A stretch of DNA of 64,000 bases, taken from assembly GCA_004366205.1 (NCBI GenBank), contig SIRW01000094.1, positions 492 to 64,491 on the forward strand, written 5' to 3'. This document shows positions 28,607 through 37,360 of the stretch, piece by piece (the stretch's first letter is position 1; every line of letters starts with the position of its first letter). The stretch is from Actinomycetota bacterium. Its GTDB lineage: Bacteria > Actinomycetota > Acidimicrobiia > Acidimicrobiales > CADCSY01. Position numbers and translations under genes: made by a program. A model generated the notes under the pieces. It worked only from the letters and a program-made list of their open reading frames with translations, did no database searches and was not told the origin of the DNA.

Positions 28607-30661
28607 GTGAAGAGCTTCCCTCCCGCCAAGATCCGCAACGTCGCCCTGGTGGGCCACGGCGGCTCCGGCAAGACGTCCCTCACCGAGGCGCTGCTGTACC
28701 GGGCCGGCGTGCTGAACCGGCTGGGGCGGGTCGAGGACGGCAACACCGTGTCGGACTTCGACCCCGAGGAGATCAAGCGCCAGATCAGCCTGGGGCTGTC
28801 CCTCGCGCCCTTCGAGTGGGAGGGGCACAAGATCAACGTCATCGACACCCCGGGGTACGCCGACTTCATGGGCGACGCCCACGCCGCGCTGCGGGTGGCC
28901 GACCTGGCCGTCATCGTCGTGAGCGCCGTGGAGGGCGTCGAGGTCCAGACCGAGGAGGTCTGGCGCATCGCCGCCGACCTCGGGGTGCCCCGCATGTTCT
29001 TCGTGAACAAGCTCGACCGGGAGCGGGCGTCCTTCGAGCGCACGCTCGAGCAGCTCCGCGAGGTGTTCGGGGCGGGCGTGGCGCCGCTGGAGCTGCCGAT
29101 CGGCGCCGAGGCCCAGTTCCACGGCATCGCCGACCTGCTGACCGACACCGCCTACCTCTACGACAGCGGCAGGGCCGAGACCGCCGAGATCCCCGAGGAC
29201 ATGGAGGAGCTCGAGCACCAGGTCCACGACAACCTCGTCGAGGGCATCGTCGTGGCCGACGACGCGCTGCTCGAGCGCTACCTCGACGGTGACGTGCCCT
29301 CGCCCAAGGAGCTCGAGGAGACGCTGGCGCGCGGCGTGGCCGCCGGCCAGGTGTTCCCGGTGGTGTGCGGCTCGGCGACGGTGCCCATCGGCGTCGACCG
29401 CCTCGCCAGCTTCATCTGCGAGATCGGGCCGGCGCCCACCGACCGCCCCCCCGTCGAGGTCAAGGCCGGCGAGTCCACCGCCGAGGTCGCCTGCAACCCG
29501 GCCGGCGACCCGCTCGCCTTCGTGTTCAAGACCATCGCCGATCCCTACGTCGGGCAGATCTCGCTGTTCAAGGTGCTGTCGGGCACGATCCGCCCCGACG
29601 ACCACCTGCTGAACACCCGCAGCGGGTCCGACGAGCGCCTGCACGGCATCTTCACCGTGCGGGGCAAGGAGCAGGTCGACGTGCCCGAGGTGCCCGCCGG
29701 GGACATCGCGGCGGTCGCCAAGCTGAGCGACACGCTCACCGGCGACACCCTCGCTCCCAAGGGCACGCCTGTGGTGGTGCCGCCGGTGGAGCTGCCCGAG
29801 CCGGTCCTGGCGGTGGCCATCCGGGCCCGCACCCAGTCCGACGAGGACAAGCTGGCCAACGCCCTGCGACGCATCCAGGACGAGGACCCGACCCTGCGGG
29901 TCGAGCGCAACGACGAGACCCACCAGACCCTTCTGCACGGGCACGGCGACACCCACCTGACGATCACGCTCGAGCGGCTGGCCCGGAAGTTCGGAGTCGA
30001 GGTCGACACCGAGGAGGTGCTCGTCCCCTACCGGGAGACGATCACCGGCACCGCTGAGGCCGAGGGCAAGTACAAGAAGCAGACCGGGGGCCACGGCCAG
30101 TTCGGCATCGCCCACCTGCGGGTCGAACCCCTGCCGCGGGGCGCCGGCTTCGAGTTCGTCGACGAGATCGTGGGCGGCGCCATCCCCCGCCAGCTGATCC
30201 CCGCGGTTGAGAAGGGCATCATCGAGTCGATGGAGAGCGGCGGCGTCCACGGGTTCCCGGTCGTCGACGTGAAGGTCACCTGCTTCGACGGCAAGTACCA
30301 CCCCGTGGACTCGTCGGAGATGAGCTTCAAGATGGCGGGCTCGCTCGGGTTCAAGGAGGCGATGGCCAAGGCCAACCCCGTCGTCCTCGAACCCATCTCC
30401 CTGCTCGAGGTCACCGTCCCCACCGACCTGCAGGGCGACGTCATGGGCGACCTCAACGCCCGGCGGGGCCGCGTCCAGGGCACCGAGCCGGTCGGCGCCG
30501 GCGAGCAGAAGATCACCGCCCTGGTGCCGACGTCGGAGATCATGCGGTACGCCATCGACCTGCGGTCCATGACCGGCGGCCGGGGGCGGTTCCGGGCCAC
30601 GCACGATCACTACGACGTGCTTCCCCCCAACCTCGTGCCCGCGACCGGGTCCCGGGAGTGA
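28607..30661 (+). CDS. elongation factor G-like GTPase (EF-G2 paralog type)
   Basis: 684 aa with G1 GHGGSGKTSLTEAL, DTPGYADF, NKLD, and EF-G domains III-V. Shorter than canonical FusA and located outside the str operon. Confidence 0.88.
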   Translation: MKSFPPAKIRNVALVGHGGSGKTSLTEALLYRAGVLNRLGRVEDGNTVSDFDPEEIKRQISLGLSLAPFEWEGHKINVIDTPGYADFMGDAHAALRVADLAVIVVSAVEGVEVQTEEVWRIAADLGVPRMFFVNKLDRERASFERTLEQLREVFGAGVAPLELPIGAEAQFHGIADLLTDTAYLYDSGRAETAEIPEDMEELEHQVHDNLVEGIVVADDALLERYLDGDVPSPKELEETLARGVAAGQVFPVVCGSATVPIGVDRLASFICEIGPAPTDRPPVEVKAGESTAEVACNPAGDPLAFVFKTIADPYVGQISLFKVLSGTIRPDDHLLNTRSGSDERLHGIFTVRGKEQVDVPEVPAGDIAAVAKLSDTLTGDTLAPKGTPVVVPPVELPEPVLAVAIRARTQSDEDKLANALRRIQDEDPTLRVERNDETHQTLLHGHGDTHLTITLERLARKFGVEVDTEEVLVPYRETITGTAEAEGKYKKQTGGHGQFGIAHLRVEPLPRGAGFEFVDEIVGGAIPRQLIPAVEKGIIESMESGGVHGFPVVDVKVTCFDGKYHPVDSSEMSFKMAGSLGFKEAMAKANPVVLEPISLLEVTVPTDLQGDVMGDLNARRGRVQGTEPVGAGEQKITALVPTSEIMRYAIDLRSMTGGRGRFRATHDHYDVLPPNLVPATGSRE

Positions 30662-31206
30662 GCCCCACCACCGGCTCAGCGGGGGCGTGCCCCCGCTGCG
30701 GCATCGACCAGGCCGGCATGCTGCCCGCCGACGCCGTCGCCACGATCCGCTCCCTCCCCCGCCGGTGGCGGGCCGCCCTGGCGGTGCTGCAGGAGGACAG
30801 CGAGGCCGGCGACGGGATCGATGGTGGCGCCGACACCGACGCAGTCCTCGACGACGACGCCGTCCGGGACGTGCTGACCCGGGCGGACGGCGTGCGGGCG
30901 CGGCTGGCCTGCCTGGCCGAGGCGGCTCGGCGCATCCGCATCAGCGAGCGCCCCGAGGTGCCCGTCCCCGACGAACCGGCCCTGGAGCCCGGCACCGACC
31001 CGGACCGCCTGCTCGACGCCCTGGAGCGCGCCGGCGGGGAGGCCGGTGAGGCGCTCGACCGGCTCGACGGCGCCGACTGGGAGCGCCGCGGCCGCCGGGG
31101 CGACGCCGAGGTCACCGTGCTCGACCTCGCCCGGGAGGTCGCCCACCACGGCGTGCACGAGCTGCGCGTCGTCGAGGCCGACCTGCGCGCCGCCCGCAAC
31201 CCCTGA
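30658..31206 (+). CDS. hypothetical protein with N-terminal CPRCG motif, acidic
   Basis: 182-aa ORF. Its GTG start overlaps the EF-G2 stop (GTGA). No confident family assignment. Confidence 0.5.
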   Translation: MSPTTGSAGACPRCGIDQAGMLPADAVATIRSLPRRWRAALAVLQEDSEAGDGIDGGADTDAVLDDDAVRDVLTRADGVRARLACLAEAARRIRISERPEVPVPDEPALEPGTDPDRLLDALERAGGEAGEALDRLDGADWERRGRRGDAEVTVLDLAREVAHHGVHELRVVEADLRAARNP

Positions 31207-31222
31207 CCGGCCCCGACCCTCT

Positions 31223-31273
31223 CGTTCTGTGAGGATCTTCTGACCCACAGCGGTAGGAGATCCTCAAAGAACG
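31223..31273. terminator. 51-nt hairpin between convergent genes, sharing the CGTTCT...AGAACG ends of the 50-nt repeat family
   Basis: CGTTCT-g-TGAGGATCT-(19-nt loop)-AGATCCTCA-a-AGAACG. Locally AT-richer than its surroundings. Confidence 0.45.
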
Positions 31274-31292
31274 GACGGGGAGGGCACCGGCG

Positions 31293-31808
31293 TCAGGTCC
31301 GGTCGGTGTACTCCGACCAGTCCTCGGGGTTCACCTCCACGATCTGGTCGAGGATCTCGCCGTCGACGCCGTCGACGAGGACCATGCCCCGCATGCTGGG
31401 CGGCTCGTCGGCGGAGTAGAGCAGGATGCGCCACGTGGGCCGGCTGCGCAGGCCCCGCCACCCGAGCTGGGCGGAGGCGTGCCCGACCGGGAAGCCGACA
31501 GCGCGGGTCGCCTCCACCAGGGCGTCGGTCTCGCGCACCCGGAGCCGCCAGCCCGACAGGAAGCAGTAGGCGCCGAAGGCGGCGAGGCCGGCGCCGGCGA
31601 CGAGCATGCCGTCGTTCACCAGGGCGCTCTGGTCGCGCTGGGTGACCCAGAGGGCGACGCAGGCGCCGGCGATGAGCAGGTACAGCACGCCGGGGATGCG
31701 GCGGCGGGCGATGTCGGGGAACGTGTAGGGCCCGACGAAGGCGGTGACGTCGAGGTCCTCGGGGAGCTCGTCGAGGGGCTCGTCCGCGAAGCGGTCCTCG
31801 TCGCTCAC
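31293..31808 (-). CDS. membrane protein, two predicted TM helices
   Basis: The GTG at 31808 overlaps the HIT gene stop (GTGA). VSDEDRFADEPLDELPEDLD... then GVLYLLIAGACVALWV and GMLVAGAGLAAFGAYCFL. Confidence 0.6.
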   Translation of the reverse strand: MSDEDRFADEPLDELPEDLDVTAFVGPYTFPDIARRRIPGVLYLLIAGACVALWVTQRDQSALVNDGMLVAGAGLAAFGAYCFLSGWRLRVRETDALVEATRAVGFPVGHASAQLGWRGLRSRPTWRILLYSADEPPSMRGMVLVDGVDGEILDQIVEVNPEDWSEYTDRT

Positions 31809-32323
31809 CGCACGCTCTCCGGCCAGGCGGCTCGCAGCTTCTCCCACGTGGCCGGCATGGCCTCGGGGATCACCCGGGCCTCGGCGACGGTGGTCATGAA
31901 GTTCGAGTCCGCGTTCCAGCGGGGCAGGCAGTGCACGTGGAAGTGGCCGGGCACCCCGGCCCCCGCGGCGGCACCCAGGTTCGCCCCCAGGTTGATGCCG
32001 TCAGGACGGTACGTGGCCTTCAGGGCCCGGACGGCGGCGGTCACCGCCGCCCACACCTCGGCGGCCTCGTCGGGCTCGAGGTCCTCGAGCTCACCCACGT
32101 GCCGCACCGGCATGACCATCAGGTGGCCGGAGGTGTACGGGTAGAGGTTGAGCAGCGCCAGGGTGCGCTCACCCCGCCAGAGGACGTAGGTGACGTCGTC
32201 GGGCTCGTCGCTCTCGATGATGCGGCAGAACACGCACGCCTCGGCCTCCGAGGCGGTCGAGGCATCGGCCACCCCGGCCACGTACTCACCCCGCCAGCCG
32301 GCCCACAGCCGCTCGAGCGCCAT
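31805..32323 (-). CDS. HIT-family nucleotide phosphorylase/hydrolase (Rv2613c-like Ap4A phosphorylase type)
   Basis: 172 aa with the histidine triad GHFHVHCLPR. Immediately downstream of thrS, as in mycobacteria. Confidence 0.85.
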   Translation of the reverse strand: MALERLWAGWRGEYVAGVADASTASEAEACVFCRIIESDEPDDVTYVLWRGERTLALLNLYPYTSGHLMVMPVRHVGELEDLEPDEAAEVWAAVTAAVRALKATYRPDGINLGANLGAAAGAGVPGHFHVHCLPRWNADSNFMTTVAEARVIPEAMPATWEKLRAAWPESVR

Positions 32324-32324
32324 G

Positions 32325-34283
32325 TCAACGACGCTCGGCGACCTCGGCGCGCAAGCGGGCGGCGAAGTCGTCGAAGGGGATGTCGCGCTCGGGTCGCTCT
32401 GCGCCCCGGGCGTTGTCGGCCACGGTGCCGGCGGCCACGTCGTCGTCGCCGACGACGAGCACGTGCGGGAGCTTCTCGAGCTTGGCCCTGCGGATGCGGG
32501 CGCCGAGCGGTTCGTCGGCCTCGACCCAGTCGGCCCGGAACCCCGCGGCCCGCAGGCGGGCGGCGACGGCCGCGGCGTAGTCGTCGTGGTCGCCGCGCAC
32601 GCCCAGCACCCGCACCTGCACGGGCGCCAGCCACGTCGGGAACGCGCCGGCGTAGTGCTCGGTGAGGACGCCGAAGAACCGCTCGACGGAGCCGAACAGG
32701 GCCCGGTGGATCATGATCGGCGTGTGGCGCTGCCCGTCGCGGCCCACGTACTCGAGACCGAAGCGCTGGGGCTCCTGGAAGTCGAGCTGCAGCGTCGACA
32801 TCTGCCAGGTGCGGCCGATGGCGTCACGGGCCTGCACCGAGATCTTGGGTCCGTAGAAGGCCCCGCCGCCCTCGTCGAGCACGAGGTCGAGGTCGCGCTT
32901 GGCCGCCGCCTGCCGCAGCGCCTCGGTGGCCTCGTCCCAGTCCTCGTGGCTGCCGATGGCCTTCTCCTCGGGCCTGGTCGACAGCTCGAGGTAGAAGTCG
33001 TCGAGGCCGTAGTCGGCGAGCAGGTCGAGCACGAAGGTGAGCAGCGAGTCCAGCTCGTCGCCCATCTGCTCCTTCGTCGTGAAGATGTGGGCGTCGTCCT
33101 GGGTCATGCCCCGGACCCGGGTGAGCCCGTGTACGACACCGGACTTCTCGTAGCGGTACACCGAGCCGAACTCGAACATGCGCAGCGGCAGCTCACGGTA
33201 GCTGCGCGTGCGGTGCCGGAAGATCAGGCAGTGGAACGGGCAGTTCATCGGCTTCAGGTAGTACTCGGTGCCCCCGTCGAGCTCCATCGGGGGGAACATG
33301 CCCTCCGCGAACCACTCGAGGTGGCCCGACGTCTCGAACAGGCCGGCCTTGGTGATGTGCGGGGAGTACACGAACTCGTAGCCCGCTTCCTCGTGGCGCC
33401 GGCGGGAGTAGTCCTCCATGATCCGCCGCACGATCCCGCCCTTGGGGTGGAAGACCGCCAGGCCCGAGCCGATCTCGTCGGGGAACGAGAACAGGTCGAG
33501 CTCGTTGCCCAGCTTGCGGTGGTCGCGCTTGGCGGCCTCCTCCAGCCGGTGCAGGTGCTCCTCGAGCGCCGCCTTCGAGTGCCACGCGGTGCCGTAGATG
33601 CGCTGCAGCATCGGGTTGCGCTCGTCACCCCGCCAGTAGGCGCCCGCGACCCGCATGAGCTTGAAGTGCCCGAGGTGATGGCCGGTGTCCCGGACGTGGG
33701 GTCCGCGGCACAGATCGATGAAGTTCGGCGGGTTCTCGTAGGTCCGCACGACCCCGGCCTCGGTCACCGAGGTGGGGTCCTCGGCGGCGCCGGCGATGAT
33801 CTCGAGCTTGTAGGGATGGGCGGCGAAGACCTCGCGGGCCCGGTCGCTCGGGATCTCGTCGCGGACGAACGGCTGGGCCTCGGCGATGATCTCGCGCATC
33901 CGGGCGTCGATCCGCTCGAGGTCGTCGGGGCTGAAGGTGGCGCCGCCGGGCAGCTCGAAGTCGTAGTAGAAGCCGTCCTCGACGGGCGGGCCGATGCCGA
34001 AGGTGGCGCCGGGGAACAGGTCGAGCACCGCCTGGGCGAGCACGTGCGCCGTGGAGTGGCGGATCGTGAACAGGCCCCGCTCGGAGGCGGCGGTGACGAT
34101 CTCGACCGTCGCGCCGTCGGGAAGCGGGTCGCCGAGGTCGCGCTCGGTGCCGTTCACGACGGCGATCACAGCGTCGCGGGCGAGGCGCGTACCGATCGCC
34201 GCCGCCAGGTCGGCGCCGGTGCTCCCCGCGGGCAGCTCCCGGGCCAAGCCGTCGGGCAGCGTGATCGAGATCGTGTCGGGCAT
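32325..34283 (-). CDS. thrS: threonine--tRNA ligase
   Basis: [12 protein letters not shown]... (TGS domain) from ATG 34283, 652 aa, class II core. The upstream part of the 723-aa track ORF is not homologous. Confidence 0.94.
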   Translation of the reverse strand: MPDTISITLPDGLARELPAGSTGADLAAAIGTRLARDAVIAVVNGTERDLGDPLPDGATVEIVTAASERGLFTIRHSTAHVLAQAVLDLFPGATFGIGPPVEDGFYYDFELPGGATFSPDDLERIDARMREIIAEAQPFVRDEIPSDRAREVFAAHPYKLEIIAGAAEDPTSVTEAGVVRTYENPPNFIDLCRGPHVRDTGHHLGHFKLMRVAGAYWRGDERNPMLQRIYGTAWHSKAALEEHLHRLEEAAKRDHRKLGNELDLFSFPDEIGSGLAVFHPKGGIVRRIMEDYSRRRHEEAGYEFVYSPHITKAGLFETSGHLEWFAEGMFPPMELDGGTEYYLKPMNCPFHCLIFRHRTRSYRELPLRMFEFGSVYRYEKSGVVHGLTRVRGMTQDDAHIFTTKEQMGDELDSLLTFVLDLLADYGLDDFYLELSTRPEEKAIGSHEDWDEATEALRQAAAKRDLDLVLDEGGGAFYGPKISVQARDAIGRTWQMSTLQLDFQEPQRFGLEYVGRDGQRHTPIMIHRALFGSVERFFGVLTEHYAGAFPTWLAPVQVRVLGVRGDHDDYAAAVAARLRAAGFRADWVEADEPLGARIRRAKLEKLPHVLVVGDDDVAAGTVADNARGAERPERDIPFDDFAARLRAEVAERR

Positions 34284-34353
34284 GCGCGGCCGAGGATACC
34301 GGCGCCCCTCCCCCGGTCCCGAACCGGTAACCGCCCGCCTGTCGGGGTCCCGG

Positions 34354-35472
34354 TCAGGTGCCCAGGTCGACGCCGAGCAGGGCGGCGGCGGCGCTGGCGC
34401 CCCGACCGCCGGCGACGGCGGCGTCGATGGCGGCGACGGCCGCGGGCGTGTCGAGGTCGTCGTCGAGGGCGGCCCGCACGTCGTCGAGCGCTGCATCCCC
34501 CGGGCCCGCCGCCCGCCACGCCTCGAGCCGTTCGGCGGCGGCGGGCATGAGCCCGTCGTGCCACTCCCACGACTCCCGGTAGTGGTGGGCGGAGATGGCG
34601 AGCCGGATGGTGGCGGGCTCCCACTCCTTGAGCAGCTCGGACACGAACACGAGGTTCCCCAGCGACTTGGACATCTTCTCGCCGTCCTTGCGGACCATGG
34701 CGACGTGCATCCAGTGGCGCACGAACCGCTCGCCGGTGGCGGCCTCGGACTGGGCGGCCTCGCACTCGTGGTGCGGGAAGATCAGGTCGGCGCCCCCGCC
34801 GTGCAGGTCGATGGTGGTGTCGAGCTCGCGCATGGCCAGCGCCGAGCACTCGATGTGCCAGCCGGGCCGCCCGGCGCCCCAGAGCGACTCCCACCACGGC
34901 TCGCCCTCGCGCGCCGCCTGCCACAGCACGAAGTCGAGCGGGTGGCGCTTGTTGGGGTCGTCGGGGTTGCCGCCGCGCTCGGCGGCCAGCTCGAGCATGG
35001 TCGCCTCGTCGAGGTGGCTGACCTGGCCGAAGCGCTCGAAGCTGCCGACGTCGAAGTAGACCGATCCGCCGGCCTCGTAGGCGTGGCCGCGGTCGAGGAC
35101 CATCCCGATGAACCCGCGGATGTCGGCGATGGCCGAGGTGGCCCGGGGCTCGCTGAAGCACGGCAGCATGCCCAGGGCCGCCATGTCGGCCTGGAACCGG
35201 GCAGTCTCCGACGCCGCCAGGTCCAGGTAGTGCACCCCGAGCTCGCCCGCCTTGCGCAGGATGTCGTCGTCGACGTCGGTGATGTTGCGAACGCAGCGGG
35301 TCTCGTGGCCGAGGTCCCGTAGGCGCCGCTGGAGCACGTCGTAGTGGACGTAGGTGGTGGCGTGACCGAGGTGGGTGGCGTCGTAGGGGGTGATCCCGCA
35401 CACGTACATGCTGACGACGGGTCCCGGCTCGAAGGGGACGACCTCTCGCCGGGCGGTGTCGTACAGCCTCAT
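34354..35472 (-). CDS. mshC: cysteine:1D-myo-inosityl 2-amino-2-deoxy-alpha-D-glucopyranoside ligase (mycothiol ligase)
   Basis: 372 aa, CysRS-like catalytic core ([25 protein letters not shown]) with no anticodon-binding domain. It aligns by eye to M. tuberculosis MshC through to the C-terminal ...LLGVDL. Confidence 0.85.
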   Translation of the reverse strand: MRLYDTARREVVPFEPGPVVSMYVCGITPYDATHLGHATTYVHYDVLQRRLRDLGHETRCVRNITDVDDDILRKAGELGVHYLDLAASETARFQADMAALGMLPCFSEPRATSAIADIRGFIGMVLDRGHAYEAGGSVYFDVGSFERFGQVSHLDEATMLELAAERGGNPDDPNKRHPLDFVLWQAAREGEPWWESLWGAGRPGWHIECSALAMRELDTTIDLHGGGADLIFPHHECEAAQSEAATGERFVRHWMHVAMVRKDGEKMSKSLGNLVFVSELLKEWEPATIRLAISAHHYRESWEWHDGLMPAAAERLEAWRAAGPGDAALDDVRAALDDDLDTPAAVAAIDAAVAGGRGASAAAALLGVDLGT

Positions 35473-35488
35473 CCGAGGTGGCGAACGC

Positions 35489-36151
35489 TCAGCCGGCGTC
35501 GTCGATTCCCGTGAGCCGGACCGCCACCCGGGTCTTGTACCGGGTGTTGAGCTGGAGCAGCACGGCGGTGAACGCCTCGATGGGTGCGGCGTTGGTCAGC
35601 TCGCCGGCGTCGAGCGGTCGCAGGCCCGGGATGCGCCCGACCACGTCGGCCACCCACTTCGTGGCCGGCGGGTGGTCCGAGCAGATCAGCACGTCGCTCT
35701 CGACGGGGTGGTCGAGCTCGCCGAGCTCCTTCGCCGGGACGTGGTGCAGCGCGGCGGCCACGGAGGACTCGGGCAGCGCGGCCTGCAGAGCCGCCGCCAC
35801 CGACCCGCGGGGCGGCACCAGGGCCTGGAACTCGCCGCCGACCCGGGCCAGGGCGTTGGCCATGGAGACCACCGTCTTGCCCCGGAGCTGGTCGCTGACC
35901 CCTCGAGCGGTGCTGACGGCGCCGTCCCAGGGCGTGGCCACCACGATGGCGTCGGCGGCGGCCGCGCCCGCGTTGTCGGCGGCGTCGAGCGCGAGCTCGC
36001 GGCCCTGCCAGCGCTCCAGCAGGGCGTCGCGGGTCTCGATCGCCCGCTCGAGGGACCGCGAGCCGATCACCACCTCGAAGCCGACCGACGCCAGGCGCGC
36101 CGCCAGGGACCTGCCGGCCGGACCGGTTCCACCGAGCACTCCGATGCGCAT
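35489..36151 (-). CDS. npdG: NADPH-dependent F420 reductase (NpdG/Fno family)
   Basis: MRIGVLGGTGPAGRSLAARLA... Rossmann N-terminus from ATG 36151, 220 aa. Confidence 0.75.
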   Translation of the reverse strand: MRIGVLGGTGPAGRSLAARLASVGFEVVIGSRSLERAIETRDALLERWQGRELALDAADNAGAAAADAIVVATPWDGAVSTARGVSDQLRGKTVVSMANALARVGGEFQALVPPRGSVAAALQAALPESSVAAALHHVPAKELGELDHPVESDVLICSDHPPATKWVADVVGRIPGLRPLDAGELTNAAPIEAFTAVLLQLNTRYKTRVAVRLTGIDDAG

Positions 36152-36210
36152 GGCAGGCCACTGTACGCCCGGCGGTAACGTCGCCCCGAACCCACCGGTC
36201 GGAGGCAACC

Positions 36211-36978
36211 ATGGGACTGCTCGACGGCAAGCGCATCCTCGTCACCGGGGTGCTCAACGACGACTCGATCGCCTTCTCGGTCGCCCGGCTCGCCCAGGAG
36301 GAGGGCGCCGAGGTCGTGCTCACCTCGTTCGGGCGGGTCCGGCGCATCACCGACCGGGTCGCGAAGAAGCTGCCGGTGACGCCCGAGGTGCTGGACTTCG
36401 ACGCCACCGACCCGGACCACGTGCCCGCTCTCACTGAGGCGCTGCGGGGCGGCGGGCCCGTCCACGGGGCCCTCCACGCCATCGCCAACGCCAACCCCGA
36501 GACCTGCCTGGGCGGCGACGTGCTGCGGGCGGGCTGGGACGACGTCGGCATGGCGTTGCACGTCTCGGCGTACTCGCTGAAGGCGCTGGCCGAGGCGGTG
36601 CGCCCGGCGATGGAGGGGGGCGGTTCGCTGGTGGGGCTCGACTTCGACGCCCGCCAGGCGTGGCCCGTGTACGACTGGATGGGGGTGGCCAAGGCGGCGC
36701 TCGAGTCGCTCACCCGCTACCTGGCCCGCGACCTCGGCGGCGACCGCATCCGCGTCAACCTGGTCGCCGCCGGCCCCCTGCGCACGATGTCGGCCAAGTC
36801 GATCCCCGGCTTCGAGCAGTTCGAGGCGACGTGGGGCGCCCGGGCGCCGCTCGGTTGGGACATCCGCGACCCCGAGCCCGTCGCCCGCGCGTGCGTGGCG
36901 CTGCTCTCGGACTGGTTCCCGGCGACGACCGGCGAGATCGTCCACGTCGACGGGGGCTTCCACGCGGTCGGCGCCTGA
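36211..36978 (+). CDS. fabI: NADH-dependent enoyl-ACP reductase, InhA/FabI type
   Basis: MGLLDGKRILVTGVLNDDSIAFSVARLAQEEGAEVVLT... collinear with M. tuberculosis InhA, including YDWMGVAKAALES and LLSDWFPATTGEIVHVDGG. Confidence 0.9.
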   Translation: MGLLDGKRILVTGVLNDDSIAFSVARLAQEEGAEVVLTSFGRVRRITDRVAKKLPVTPEVLDFDATDPDHVPALTEALRGGGPVHGALHAIANANPETCLGGDVLRAGWDDVGMALHVSAYSLKALAEAVRPAMEGGGSLVGLDFDARQAWPVYDWMGVAKAALESLTRYLARDLGGDRIRVNLVAAGPLRTMSAKSIPGFEQFEATWGARAPLGWDIRDPEPVARACVALLSDWFPATTGEIVHVDGGFHAVGA

Positions 36979-37005
36979 CCCCCGCTCAGACCGGAGGCGC
37001 GAGGG

Positions 37006-37359
37006 TCACGGTCCGGGTTGCTCCAGGTACTTCGGGTTGGCCACCGCGAGCTTGTCCCGCACGGCCTCGTGCACGCAGGCGATCACCTCGGCCCACCGGT
37101 CGTCGAGGTCGCCCCGGCGGATGGCGGCGGCCAGCTCGGCGTCGTCGGCGAAGCCCAAGCTCGCGAGCCGCTCGGCGTGGGCGGCGACCTGGGCCGGGCC
37201 CTGCTCGAGCTCGCGCTGGACGATGGCCAGGACGTTGACGGCGACGCGCGTGTGGAAGCGCACCCGGCCCTCGGTGGCCTCCATGACGTCGCGCTCGAGG
37301 AACTCGCGCACGGCCTCGACCAGCTGGGCCGCCGTCGGCGGGTCGTGCAGCTCGGCCAG
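37006..37359 (-). CDS. DUF6285-like small protein partnered with the phosphotransferase
   Basis: ...HDPPTAAQLVEAVREFLERDVMEATEGRVRFHTRVAVNVLAIVQREL.... There is no ATG/GTG/TTG before GTG 37311. I tentatively start at CTG 37359, which follows GGAGGAGG by 5 nt (see findings). Confidence 0.55.
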   Translation of the reverse strand: MAELHDPPTAAQLVEAVREFLERDVMEATEGRVRFHTRVAVNVLAIVQRELEQGPAQVAAHAERLASLGFADDAELAAAIRRGDLDDRWAEVIACVHEAVRDKLAVANPKYLEQPGP

Positions 37360-37360
37360 C

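Noticed and set aside
34284-34353. T-box or other leader upstream of thrS
   Set aside because: Only 70 nt separate thrS from the mshC stop, which is too short for a T-box. I see no specifier or T-box consensus, only a GC hairpin that may terminate mshC.
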